16,030 nucleotides of DNA, from assembly GCA_050331235.1 (NCBI GenBank), contig JBHJHA010000071.1, positions 1 through 16,030 of the forward strand, in the 5' to 3' direction. The position numbers and the translations under genes are program-made. The DNA is from Leptolyngbyaceae cyanobacterium (GTDB lineage Bacteria; Cyanobacteriota; Cyanobacteriia; Phormidesmidales; Phormidesmidaceae). The notes below the pieces were generated by a model. The model made no database searches and was not told the DNA's origin. It worked only from the letters and a program-made list of their open reading frames with translations. Shown piece by piece: positions 8,074-16,030 of this stretch. Position 1 is the stretch's first letter. Each line of letters starts with the position of its first letter.

Positions 8074-8895
8074 CTAGGCATCCGTGACAGTTGTGGCGGT
8101 GGGCTGTGCTGAGCGTGTTGATTCAGCTTGATCAAACAAAAAAGAAAGTGGATAGCTCATGTTTTCAGCAAATCCCAAGATGCCGCGATCGCGGTACTCG
8201 TATTGCAGGTTGCCGGCTTGGTCAAACAAAAATGTGCCGCCCCGCTGGGTCATATATTGTGCGTCGGGGACATAGGTGTTCCATTTGCCCAAGACCTCGG
8301 TCATGTTTTGCAACCGTAAGGTTGCCAACTCGAAAGGGCGCTGAAACCCTCTGCCACCCGCCTTGGCAAAGAACGCGCCTTTGAGAGTGGGGAGAGGGGT
8401 ATGGTCAATAGTGTCGTCATCGGCAAAGAGCTGAGGGGCGGAGCGATCGCCAGTGTAACCACGTAGCACTTCTCGTAGGGTGCCGGGACTCGCAATTCCT
8501 GCGCACATCAGCATCAGATTGACCCAAGCGGTCTGTGCCGGGCGAAGTCCCGGCCAGTCAAGCGTCAATCCAGAATAAAGCTCCAAATCCTGGTGTAGTT
8601 GGGCTGTCGGATCTACAAATAGTGATTCTGCGGGAAACCCTGTGAATGCGGCAAACTGCTGTCCGGAGGGGCGATCACCAATGCCCACCGCTCGCACAGC
8701 AATATTGGCAGCTTGCAGCCGTTGCCAATCGCGCCGCAGCCACCAGGCATATTCCAGACTGTCAAAATCGCCGAGTTGAGGCCAGACTACAACGAGGGTT
8801 TGGGTCGCCGTTGCCTCCGAGGACAAGATGTGTGCCGGTTCACCATCGCTGACGCGCAGCCGAGATGTCTGGTGCAAGTATTCAAAGATATTCAT
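8074..8895 (-). CDS. Peroxiredoxin-like (AhpC-TSA_2/PRXL2) thioredoxin-fold protein
   Basis: VRAVGIG..FAAFTGFP..LFVDPTAQLHQDLEL and TQRGGTFLF..YEYRD are typical of this family; the usual CxxC position reads DFDS. Confidence 0.8.
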   Translation of the reverse strand: MNIFEYLHQTSRLRVSDGEPAHILSSEATATQTLVVVWPQLGDFDSLEYAWWLRRDWQRLQAANIAVRAVGIGDRPSGQQFAAFTGFPAESLFVDPTAQLHQDLELYSGLTLDWPGLRPAQTAWVNLMLMCAGIASPGTLREVLRGYTGDRSAPQLFADDDTIDHTPLPTLKGAFFAKAGGRGFQRPFELATLRLQNMTEVLGKWNTYVPDAQYMTQRGGTFLFDQAGNLQYEYRDRGILGFAENMSYPLSFLFDQAESTRSAQPTATTVTDA

Positions 8896-8957
8896 GCTCG
8901 ATTTTTGAAATGGCCATCGCGGATCGATCGCTGATCAGGCTCACGTACCAACGTCCC

Positions 8958-9764
8958 CTATTCTGTAGTCTGACACAGGCTCGCTCGCTCAGGTGACGCT
9001 GGCTCAACCGGTTTGCGGGTCACAAAATAATAGTTTTGGCAAATGTAGGGTAGTAATTTGCCTGCCGCCCAGTCGAGCCAATTATAGGTAGAAGCGGCGA
9101 TCGGACCCCACCGGCGGTGGCTGAGCACTGTCGCTTGCCAGATGTTGCGGGGTAACAGCGCGTAGCGGTCAACTTCGAGTAGCTGAAAGGGGGTTGCTTC
9201 AGCTAACGCCCGGATATCAGTGGAGGTAAAGAGATAAGGATGCGAAAAGCGATTGGTAAACCGGGCTAGAAACTCAATCCAGCTATAGCGATTAGGAAAA
9301 TGAAAACATAAAAAATGTCCGCCTGGCTTCAAGACGCGATAAATTTCTTTGAGGCTGCTGAGCTCGTCTCCGCCGGTTTCCCGCACATGTTCTAAGACGC
9401 CAACCGAGACAACCACATCAAAGACCGCCTCAGCAAAGGGCAAAGTCGTTGGGTCTTTAGGACTTCCCTGGTGGTAGGCATAGTTGCTCTCAGCCAGGTT
9501 TTGACAGGTTAATGGCCGAGAACTGAAACCAAAGCCGCTGGCTTGATACCCAGCTTGGGCCAAAAAATAAGAAAAATGTCCTGAACCAGTCCCCCAGTCC
9601 AAGACCTTGACCGTGTCGGCAACTGGTGCATATTTCTCGAGCAGACGATAAAGCTTGAGATACTGATAGGCACTGATATACGTTGCGAACTGCAAGCATT
9701 CTTGGGTTTGCCCATAGTCCTCAACAAGGGTTTGAATTATCCGTTGATGGCTGAGTCGCTGCAT
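8958..9764 (-). CDS. Class I SAM-dependent methyltransferase
   Basis: Motif I VLDWGTGSG, LPFAEAVFDVVVSVGVLEHV and EIYRVLKPGG. Confidence 0.9.
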   Translation of the reverse strand: MQRLSHQRIIQTLVEDYGQTQECLQFATYISAYQYLKLYRLLEKYAPVADTVKVLDWGTGSGHFSYFLAQAGYQASGFGFSSRPLTCQNLAESNYAYHQGSPKDPTTLPFAEAVFDVVVSVGVLEHVRETGGDELSSLKEIYRVLKPGGHFLCFHFPNRYSWIEFLARFTNRFSHPYLFTSTDIRALAEATPFQLLEVDRYALLPRNIWQATVLSHRRWGPIAASTYNWLDWAAGKLLPYICQNYYFVTRKPVEPASPERASLCQTTE

Positions 9765-9860
9765 GCTAAAAGTTACGGCACGGATTGCAAGTGAGGGAAA
9801 AGCTGAGCAGGAGGAACATCGTTAAGCCCGGGAAAATCTGCCTGAAGAAGGCGATCACGC

Positions 9861-11072
9861 TTAGCGATCGCGGGGTTCCTCTGTCTCTGGTCGAGAGGAT
9901 ACCGATCCCGGTGCGGTAGTCGTAATGCGTGGTAAACGGTGTTTGAAGCTGCACAAAATTTCCCAGGAAATCGTGCCGGTCAAAGCGGCCCAGTGATCCG
10001 CCGTAATGCTCAGGTCGCCACTTTGACCGAGCAGCGTCACGACACTTCCCTCCTGCAAGTTGGGAATTTGCGTGACATCAATCATGAGCTGATCCATGGT
10101 GATGTTGCCGATTTGGGGGGCCGACTGACCATTCACTAAGACTGAGATGCGGTTCGATAGTGTTCTGGGAACACCATCGGCATAACCAATTCCCACAACG
10201 GCAATCCGCATGGGGTGCTCGGCAACAAAGGTATGCCCATAACTGACCCCAGTGCCCGGCTGAATCTCCTTGAGATGGGTGATTCTCGCTTTGACCTGCA
10301 TGACCGGCTGCAACGACAAAATTCCCTGCAGGTGAGAGCCTGGGTAAAGGCCATATAAGGCTAGCCCAACCCTGACCATGTCGTAGTGCAGATTGGGATC
10401 CGCTAGGGTGGCCGCTGAATTCGCTAAATGACGCCTGGGAATGACGATGCCCTGGCTGGCGACTTGGGCCAGCACCGATTCATAATACTGCTGCTGCGAT
10501 CGCATGAAAGTCGTGTCAGGTTCATCGGCTGTCGCCAGATGGGAGTAAACGCTATGGATGTGTAGCCGTGGCAATCGCCGGACAAATTGGACAAATTCAG
10601 CTGCATGTTGCCAGTCAAAGCCGAGTCTCGACATGCCGGTATCAACCTTGAGATGCACCGGCAGTGAGTGACTGGAGTTCGTCGACAGCGTTTCCGAAAA
10701 GACTAGGGCCTGCTTGGGCGAAACAAGGGTGGGCTGTAGCTGCCAGCGGGCGATCGCGGTGATTTCCTCTGAGCTGTTGACGGCTCCCATGATCAAGATC
10801 GGTGTAGTCAACCCCGCTTCTCGGAGCTCTACACCCTCAGGAACCGTGGCTACCCCCAACCAGCGGGCTCCAGCCGCGACTGCTGTCTCTGCGACAGTCA
10901 CTGCTCCGTGGCCATAGGCATCAGCTTTGACCACGGCCATCAGCACCGTCTCCGGCCCAATGTGCTGAGTTAGGGCTTGGACGTTGTGTCTCAGGGCCTC
11001 AAGATTGATTTCTACCCAGGCTCTGCACTGACGCATGGTGGTCAGTGCAGGCATTTTATCCCAACTCAACAT
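9861..11072 (-). CDS. alr: Alanine racemase
   Basis: PLP lysine motif AVVKADAYGHG, HLKVDTGMSRLG, HLANSAA, VSYG, IGYADG and GNITMDQ. Start taken at ATG 11072, which has AAGGAG upstream. Confidence 0.96.
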   Translation of the reverse strand: MLSWDKMPALTTMRQCRAWVEINLEALRHNVQALTQHIGPETVLMAVVKADAYGHGAVTVAETAVAAGARWLGVATVPEGVELREAGLTTPILIMGAVNSSEEITAIARWQLQPTLVSPKQALVFSETLSTNSSHSLPVHLKVDTGMSRLGFDWQHAAEFVQFVRRLPRLHIHSVYSHLATADEPDTTFMRSQQQYYESVLAQVASQGIVIPRRHLANSAATLADPNLHYDMVRVGLALYGLYPGSHLQGILSLQPVMQVKARITHLKEIQPGTGVSYGHTFVAEHPMRIAVVGIGYADGVPRTLSNRISVLVNGQSAPQIGNITMDQLMIDVTQIPNLQEGSVVTLLGQSGDLSITADHWAALTGTISWEILCSFKHRLPRITTTAPGSVSSRPETEEPRDR

Positions 11073-11367
11073 GGCATCGCTCCTTACCCACACGCAGATT
11101 GAGCCAATTGTGCAACATGTTTGCGCTTGTACCAACTATATGGCGAAGATACCCTGGCGGTATTTTTCCGCCGCGCGCTGTCGAACTAGCTTGGTTAGGG
11201 TTGATGGCCGTCTCCCGTCGCGTCGCTCAGACCGACACCTTCGCTGCCAACAGTGATTTTTTTAGCCCTCTTACCGCAAAAGCGATCGGGGACAATGGGC
11301 CAACAAATTGCGATCGAATAAATAATTCGGCGTCAGAGGATAAAAAGCCCGTAGCCATAGGGGTTCT

Positions 11368-11385
11368 ATGACATTCGTTTACATA
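11368..11385. promoter_or_regulatory. HLR1-like (RpaB) direct repeat
   Basis: ATGACATT-CG-TTTACATA against the consensus (G/T)TTACA(T/A)(T/A)-N2-(G/T)TTACA(T/A)(T/A); two mismatches in the first half-site. Confidence 0.35.
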
Positions 11386-11523
11386 ATTTCGAGTGGTCGA
11401 TTACATTGCTTTTTATCATCATTGCTACTTTAAAGGGCTGTAGCCCTTGACCAGCCAATAGCCTAGCGAAAACCTTTTATTTATCTCGGTATATGTACCT
11501 TCGCAAAAGTTAATGAAGTTGCG

Positions 11524-11529
11524 TATACT
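11524..11529 (+). promoter_or_regulatory. Putative -10 element for ndhD (implied transcription start near 11536)
   Basis: TATACT lies at the end of an AT-rich tract, 6 nt before the first base of the predicted leader stem. Confidence 0.4.
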
Positions 11530-11535
11530 AGGGCC

Positions 11536-11681
11536 ATGCATTGGAGTGAGTAGAAATGCTCACCTAGACTTCCCGGTTGGTTCGCCTAGTCATTGTGGTT
11601 TCAGCCAAGGTTGAAACACTTGCTGACATCCTCCGACCTTAACTGTTTGGGTAAGGCCGCTGCGAAAATGAGACGATGCAT
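11536..11681 (+). ncRNA. Candidate structured 5' leader RNA of ndhD
   Basis: A closing stem (11536-11543/11674-11681) encloses up to four hairpins, one with a GAAA tetraloop. Folded by eye only. Confidence 0.35.
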
Positions 11682-11769
11682 TATTCAGATGTATCCATCA
11701 GCCTCGAGCTAGACAATCCCTAAACCGGCGTTCTATGTGCACTTGTTCATCCGAACTCACGTGAATGTC

Positions 11770-13374
11770 ATGATTAGTGAGCAATTTCCGTGGTTGACCA
11801 CGATTGTCCTTTTCCCTTTTTTGGCAAGTTTGCCAATTCCATTCCTGCCCGGCAACGACAATAAAGCTGTCAGAAACTATGCTCTAGCCGCAGGGCTTGC
11901 AGAATTTGCACTTATCCTCTTTTCTTTCGGCCGCTACTACTCTTTGCAAGAGCCCGGTCTGCAAATGATTGAGTCTTACCAATGGGTTCCTCAAATTGGT
12001 TTGAACTGGACTGTAGCTGCTGATGGTCTCTCGATGCCCTTGGTCATATTGAGCGGTTTAGTTACAACATTGGCAATTTTTGCCTCTTGGAATATCTCAA
12101 CTAAACCTCGGCTGTACTACTTTTTGCTACTGCTGATGTACAGCGCTCAGGTGGGGGTTTTTCTTTGCCAAGATATTCTGATGTTCTTCCTGATGTGGGA
12201 GGTTGAGCTGGTCCCGGTTTACCTGCTAATTTCCATTTGGGGCGGGCAAAAGCGTCGTTATGCGGCGACCAAGTTCATTCTCTATACTGCCATCGGCTCT
12301 GTCTTTATTCTGATTGCCGCTTTGGCGATGGCTTTTTATGGCGACACGGTTAGCTTCAATTTCGCTGACCTAGCGCTGAAAGATTATTCTCTGCCATTCC
12401 AATTGTTTGCTTACGCCTGTCTAATCGTAGCTTTTGGTGTCAAGCTGCCGATTTTCCCCTTTCACACTTGGCTGCCCGATGCCCATAGTGAGGCTCCTGC
12501 TGCGGTTTCCATGATTTTGGCAGGTGTTTTGCTGAAAATGGCTGGATACGGCATCTTACGCATGAATGTTGAGATGCTGCCCGATGCTCACATTTTCGTA
12601 GCGCCTTTCTTAGCCGTTTTGGGGGTAGTCAATATTATTTACGCCTCTCTTAATGCGTTTGGCCAAGACAACCTCAAGCGGCGCATGGCCTATTCCTCGA
12701 TCGCCCACATGGGATTTGTCTTGATTGGATTTGCTGCTTTTACGACAGTGGGTATCAGCGGTGCGGTACTGCAAATGATTTCCCATGGTTTGATTGCAGC
12801 TGTGATGTTCTTCCTGTCAGGGGTCACCTACGAGCGCACCCATACGCTAGACATGACTAAGCTTGGCGGTATGGCGCGCAAAATGCCTGCGGCGTTTGCA
12901 TTCTTTACGGCCGCTGCCATGGCCTCCCTTGCCCTTCCGGGCATGAGTGGATTCGTGAGTGAGATTGCCGTGTTCTTAGGCATGGCGACCAGTGATGCTT
13001 ACACGATTCCTTTTAAGGTAGGCATTATTGTTCTTGCGGCGATCGGTGTGGTTCTTTCTCCTATCTATCTACTCTCTATGTTGCGCCGCATTTTCTACGG
13101 CAACACTGGCGAGATTGTTGAGAAGACACCGCTCATGTTGGATATTCGTCCCCGCGAAGCTTTTATTGCAGCCTGCCTTCTGGTACCTGTGATTGGTATT
13201 GGTCTGTACCCCAAAGTGGCTACCCAAACCTACGATGCCAAGACGGTTGCCGTGCTCAATCGTGTACAGGACACCATGATGCTGGTTGCAGAGCAGCCAA
13301 GTCGTCCAATGTTTAGCGCGATTCAGTCGCCTGAGCGGACAGCTTCCCTGACTGCACCAACTATCCTCGAATAA
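11770..13374 (+). CDS. ndhD: NAD(P)H-quinone oxidoreductase (NDH-1) subunit 4, probably the NdhD2 paralogue
   Basis: [74 protein letters not shown] and [14 protein letters not shown]. The MYSAQVGVF and GGQKRR variants resemble NdhD2 as I recall it. Start taken at ATG 11770. Confidence 0.93.
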   Translation: MISEQFPWLTTIVLFPFLASLPIPFLPGNDNKAVRNYALAAGLAEFALILFSFGRYYSLQEPGLQMIESYQWVPQIGLNWTVAADGLSMPLVILSGLVTTLAIFASWNISTKPRLYYFLLLLMYSAQVGVFLCQDILMFFLMWEVELVPVYLLISIWGGQKRRYAATKFILYTAIGSVFILIAALAMAFYGDTVSFNFADLALKDYSLPFQLFAYACLIVAFGVKLPIFPFHTWLPDAHSEAPAAVSMILAGVLLKMAGYGILRMNVEMLPDAHIFVAPFLAVLGVVNIIYASLNAFGQDNLKRRMAYSSIAHMGFVLIGFAAFTTVGISGAVLQMISHGLIAAVMFFLSGVTYERTHTLDMTKLGGMARKMPAAFAFFTAAAMASLALPGMSGFVSEIAVFLGMATSDAYTIPFKVGIIVLAAIGVVLSPIYLLSMLRRIFYGNTGEIVEKTPLMLDIRPREAFIAACLLVPVIGIGLYPKVATQTYDAKTVAVLNRVQDTMMLVAEQPSRPMFSAIQSPERTASLTAPTILE

Positions 13375-13404
13375 CTTTCTGAATCACTGTTCGGACATCG
13401 AAGC

Positions 13405-13430
13405 AAAGCGGCGATGATCGCCGCTTTTTT
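13405..13430 (+). terminator. Rho-independent terminator of ndhD
   Basis: AAAGCGGCGA-TGA-TCGCCGC followed by TTTTTT, about 30 nt after the stop codon. Confidence 0.85.
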
Positions 13431-13490
13431 AGTGCCTTCTCGAAGCACCTCAAATCGACGACGCTGCCATCATCGATAGAATGACTTCCC

Positions 13491-14117
13491 TTAGATCGCT
13501 TTGGGAGCTTTTCCATATGCTTGCCAAGCGAGATCAATCAGCCCGGTCATGATTGCTACGGCTGTTACCGGATTACCTTTTTGCCCATCGATGCGGATAT
13601 GCGGCACCATGGTCTCCTGTAAACGGCTCTTGAGCACGTTGGTATCGAGAAACCCTGCGGGAGTCGCAATAATCAGTGCAGGCCGGACCTGATTGGTCTC
13701 GGTGAGCTCAACTAAAGATTCTAAGGCCGTCTGAGATTGTCCAACTACGAAGATTCCTTCGGGGTAACGCTGAGCTAAGGTCTCAATTCCCCAAGCCGTT
13801 TCACTTTTGCCTTTTTGAGGACGCGTCAACGCGTCCATGCTGCAATATACGGGGTTGACGAATGTTTCTTGTATGGGTGGAGCGATGCCTACTTGCACCA
13901 TCGGGACGTCAACGACGATCGTCGTTCGGGCTGCTAGGGCGGCAGCTCCAGAAGTGAGTGCATGTTCTGAAAAACGGATCAGAGAGGCAAATTCAAAATC
14001 TGCCGTTGCATAAATGGCTCGCCGCACCAATTCATATTCGGAGGGAGTGAACATGTGGTCACCAATCTTGCGATCAATTACTCTCAGACTTTGGGCGTCG
14101 CTCACGTGCCATTCCAT
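13491..14117 (-). CDS. Precorrin-8X methylmutase (CobH/CbiC)-like protein, divergent
   Basis: SLRVIDRKIG..ELVRRAIYATADFEF, TTIVVDVPMVQVGI, IFVVGQSQTAL, RPALIIATPAGF and GQKGN follow the CobH/CbiC pattern. Start taken at ATG 14117. Confidence 0.85.
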   Translation of the reverse strand: MEWHVSDAQSLRVIDRKIGDHMFTPSEYELVRRAIYATADFEFASLIRFSEHALTSGAAALAARTTIVVDVPMVQVGIAPPIQETFVNPVYCSMDALTRPQKGKSETAWGIETLAQRYPEGIFVVGQSQTALESLVELTETNQVRPALIIATPAGFLDTNVLKSRLQETMVPHIRIDGQKGNPVTAVAIMTGLIDLAWQAYGKAPKAI

Positions 14118-14252
14118 TATTGACTCCAAGCACTCCGGTGCGGACTGTGACTCTAGTATAGAGGTTGACTCAAATGCATCAGTGTTGAGTCCAGAAGTCT
14201 TTGCCAGTAAAAATTTAGAAGTTAGCTGTCAAAGATGGAGCTGTTTTTTTAT

Positions 14253-15077
14253 CTAGGGAGTTGATTTCTTGGTCGCAAAATGTTGTTCTAGCCAAGCGCT
14301 GATATCGCTCTGCACTTCGTTAGGAATTTCCCAAGGAAAAAGATGTGCCGTTTGGGCGTAGGTTTTGCAGGTGCTATTGGGAAGCTGTCGGGCCGTTTCC
14401 TGACTCGCGATCGCGGTGATGTGGCGATCGCGATCGCCACACAGCACTAGGGACGGGGCCGTAATTTGCTTAACCGCCGGGAGTCGATTGTACCCCTGCT
14501 GCAAAGCTTGGTTCAAAGCAGATTGAGCTGATTTAGAGGTTTGTACGAAAGCCCATAGCCCTTCGTCTGCTAAGTGCTGATAGGCTTTAGGGGTATGCCG
14601 TTGGAGCAAATGTCGATAGAGCGATTGCCGACCCAAGAGATTGATATGCCATGGCTGACCTGGCTGCATCCAGTTAATGAGAGAAGCTACCCCGGTAAGC
14701 AGATTATCTTGCCAAGAGATTGGTGGATGGTCCCCTCGAGGGCGGGCCGCAGTGCCCAGCAAAATGAGACCACTTACCTGTTGTGGATATTGCAGTGCTA
14801 GCTCCATTGCCAAGATCCCGCCTAGAGACCATCCCAACACGACGCATTCATGAACGTTGAGACGTTGTAAGAGCTCGGCTAAATCACTCAAATGGTCCGA
14901 CATTACAAAGCGCCCTGAGGTCTGGCTCTTACCATAGCCTCGTAAATCTGGAGTGATAGTTTGGAACTGCTGAGAGAGCATCGTCGTGAAAACTCCCATA
15001 CAGCGACCATTGCCAGGATGGCCATGTAAACAGAGAATAGGATATCCGCGACCGCGAACTTCGGTAAATAACCGCAT
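14253..15077 (-). CDS. Alpha/beta fold hydrolase (esterase-like)
   Basis: GRGYPILCLHGHPG, PDLRGYGKS, nucleophile GWSLGG, GDRDRHI and AHLFPWE. Start is ATG 15077 or ATG 15098. Confidence 0.9.
   Translation of the reverse strand: MRLFTEVRGRGYPILCLHGHPGNGRCMGVFTTMLSQQFQTITPDLRGYGKSQTSGRFVMSDHLSDLAELLQRLNVHECVVLGWSLGGILAMELALQYPQQVSGLILLGTAARPRGDHPPISWQDNLLTGVASLINWMQPGQPWHINLLGRQSLYRHLLQRHTPKAYQHLADEGLWAFVQTSKSAQSALNQALQQGYNRLPAVKQITAPSLVLCGDRDRHITAIASQETARQLPNSTCKTYAQTAHLFPWEIPNEVQSDISAWLEQHFATKKSTP
14421..14440. repeat. Overlapping HIP1 octamers forming a 20-bp palindrome; representative of at least 17 HIP1 sites in the window
   Basis: GTGGCGATCG|CGATCGCCAC contains GCGATCGC at 14424 and 14430. 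Others are at 426, 787, 1511, 2451, 2523, 3173, 5632, 6250, 6751, 8185, 8443, 9864, 10496, 10750 and 14407. Confidence 0.9.
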
Positions 15078-15234
15078 AGAACTCTTTTCTGGAGACATGA
15101 GAAAACCGTAAGAGCAATGGGCTCCTACGGCAATATTGACGGCAGCTTTTGACCCGACAGCCTTACACTTTAACGCTCTTGCGCTGTGCCAGGGTATGGT
15201 GAGCTGTGGCTCGAGCCAGCAGCCTGAGCGACTC

Positions 15235-15633
15235 TTAAGACGCTTTTTCAAAGTCGAGGGATGCCGAGTTGATGCAGTATCGCTGCCCTGTTGGTGCTGG
15301 CCCGTCGTTGAAGACATGGCCAAGGTGGGCATCACAAGCCGCACAAAGGACTTCAGTGCGGACCATGAAAAGGCTAAAGTCTTTTTTCGTTGCTACATTG
15401 TCATCTTTTGCGGGTGCCCAAAAACTGGGCCAGCCAGTACCCGAGTCAAACTTTTCATCTGAGTTAAATAGCTGAGTGCCACAGCAAATACATTTGTATA
15501 CACCGGATTCTTTGTTGTCATGATAAGCGCCTGTAAAGGCTCGCTCAGTACCCTTCTCGCGAGTTACATGATATTGCTCAGGGGTGAGCTGCTCTTTCCA
15601 CTCTCGCTTCGATTTCTCAACCTTCTGAACCAT
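15235..15633 (-). CDS. msrB: Peptide-methionine (R)-S-oxide reductase MsrB
   Basis: [20 protein letters not shown], zinc-type CICC and CAAC motifs, [21 protein letters not shown] and catalytic RYCINSASL. Confidence 0.97.
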   Translation of the reverse strand: MVQKVEKSKREWKEQLTPEQYHVTREKGTERAFTGAYHDNKESGVYKCICCGTQLFNSDEKFDSGTGWPSFWAPAKDDNVATKKDFSLFMVRTEVLCAACDAHLGHVFNDGPAPTGQRYCINSASLDFEKAS

Positions 15634-15782
15634 GATGCTGCTGATAATTTCCTATCTCGTTAGCGTTGTAGAAGGAAAAGGAAATAATTAACCTAGCCTT
15701 TTCAATCTGTGTCTATCGTAACGTAATGCTAAAGGCAAGCTGGTACGGTGAACTCGACAACTTCCGAGGAGGGACAGGTTGC

Positions 15783-16030
15783 TAGTACTCAACGGCACAA
15801 ATAAGCATAGCCATTATGCGGTTAAGGGCTTGCCCGTATAGTTCCATTTGAAAGGCTTGGCCATGGTGCGATTGAAGTAGGAAATGAAGTCGAGAATCTT
15901 GGCTCTGAGAAGAGCTTGACTGTTGCAACTGGCGCGTCGCAGTAACTTCCGCATGAGAATAGAGAACCAGATTTCGATTTGATTGAGCCACGAGCAATGT
16001 TTGGGGGTGAAGTGAACCACCAGGCGATGT
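15783..16030 (-). mobile_element. Right end of an IS630-family insertion sequence (truncated by the window edge)
   Basis: Transposase C-terminus, then a short 3' region ending in CTAG (15782-15785), the preferred IS630 target context with a TA duplication. The candidate terminal repeat is TAGTACTCAACGGCACAAATAAG on the + strand. Confidence 0.85.
15814..16030 (-). CDS. IS630-family DDE transposase, C-terminal part
   Basis: HFTPKHCSWLNQIEIWFSILMRKLL..FISYFN..AKPFKW is the P-x-x-x-S-W-L-N-x-I-E motif around the third catalytic residue. The frame is open to the window end. Confidence 0.93.
   Translation of the reverse strand, partial: HRLVVHFTPKHCSWLNQIEIWFSILMRKLLRRASCNSQALLRAKILDFISYFNRTMAKPFKWNYTGKPLTA

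Noticed and set aside
11045..11371. Small ORFs (108 aa and 73 aa) in the alr-ndhD intergenic region
   Set aside because: They overlap the alr start on the opposite strand and show no motif or ribosome-binding site.
14121..14190. Three TGACTC copies and small hairpins upstream of the cobH-like gene (cobalamin riboswitch or array)
   Set aside because: Irregular spacing (27 and 18 nt), short units and no B12-box consensus.
15078..15344. 363-aa version of the hydrolase overlapping msrB
   Set aside because: The fold starts at MRLFTEVRG; the extension overlaps msrB in another frame and looks like chance openness. A bioH call from GWSLGG alone is also unsupported.
1..16030. CRISPR array, tRNA/rRNA, prophage or defence genes, and the many short antisense ORFs
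   Set aside because: No regularly spaced direct repeats, cloverleaf or matching protein motifs were seen; the short ORFs are shadows of confident genes.

Overview
Chromosomal window from a cyanobacterium (at least 17 HIP1 GCGATCGC octamers, an NDH-1 ndhD gene, cyanobacterial-type Usp and DUF1400 hydrolase genes). Gene order: Cys-rich transglutaminase-like ORF and arsH; a cupin gene divergent from a LysR regulator with a clear palindromic operator; acyl-CoA thioesterase; a tandem-domain universal stress protein gene split by one in-frame TAG (4841-4843); a minus-strand run of DUF1400 hydrolase, LMW-PTP, ybaB/ebfC, PRXL2-like protein, SAM methyltransferase and alr; ndhD (probably ndhD2) behind a long, apparently structured leader; a divergent cobH-like gene; an alpha/beta hydrolase; msrB; and the 3' end of an IS630-family element. 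I see no CRISPR array, rRNA, tRNA or obvious defence system. The best leads are the amber-interrupted Usp, candidate structured leaders upstream of ndhD and usp, the uncharacterised Cys-His-Asp protein before arsH, the LysR-cupin module, and two enzyme homologues lacking canonical catalytic residues. All family calls come from motif recognition by eye, not from database searches.
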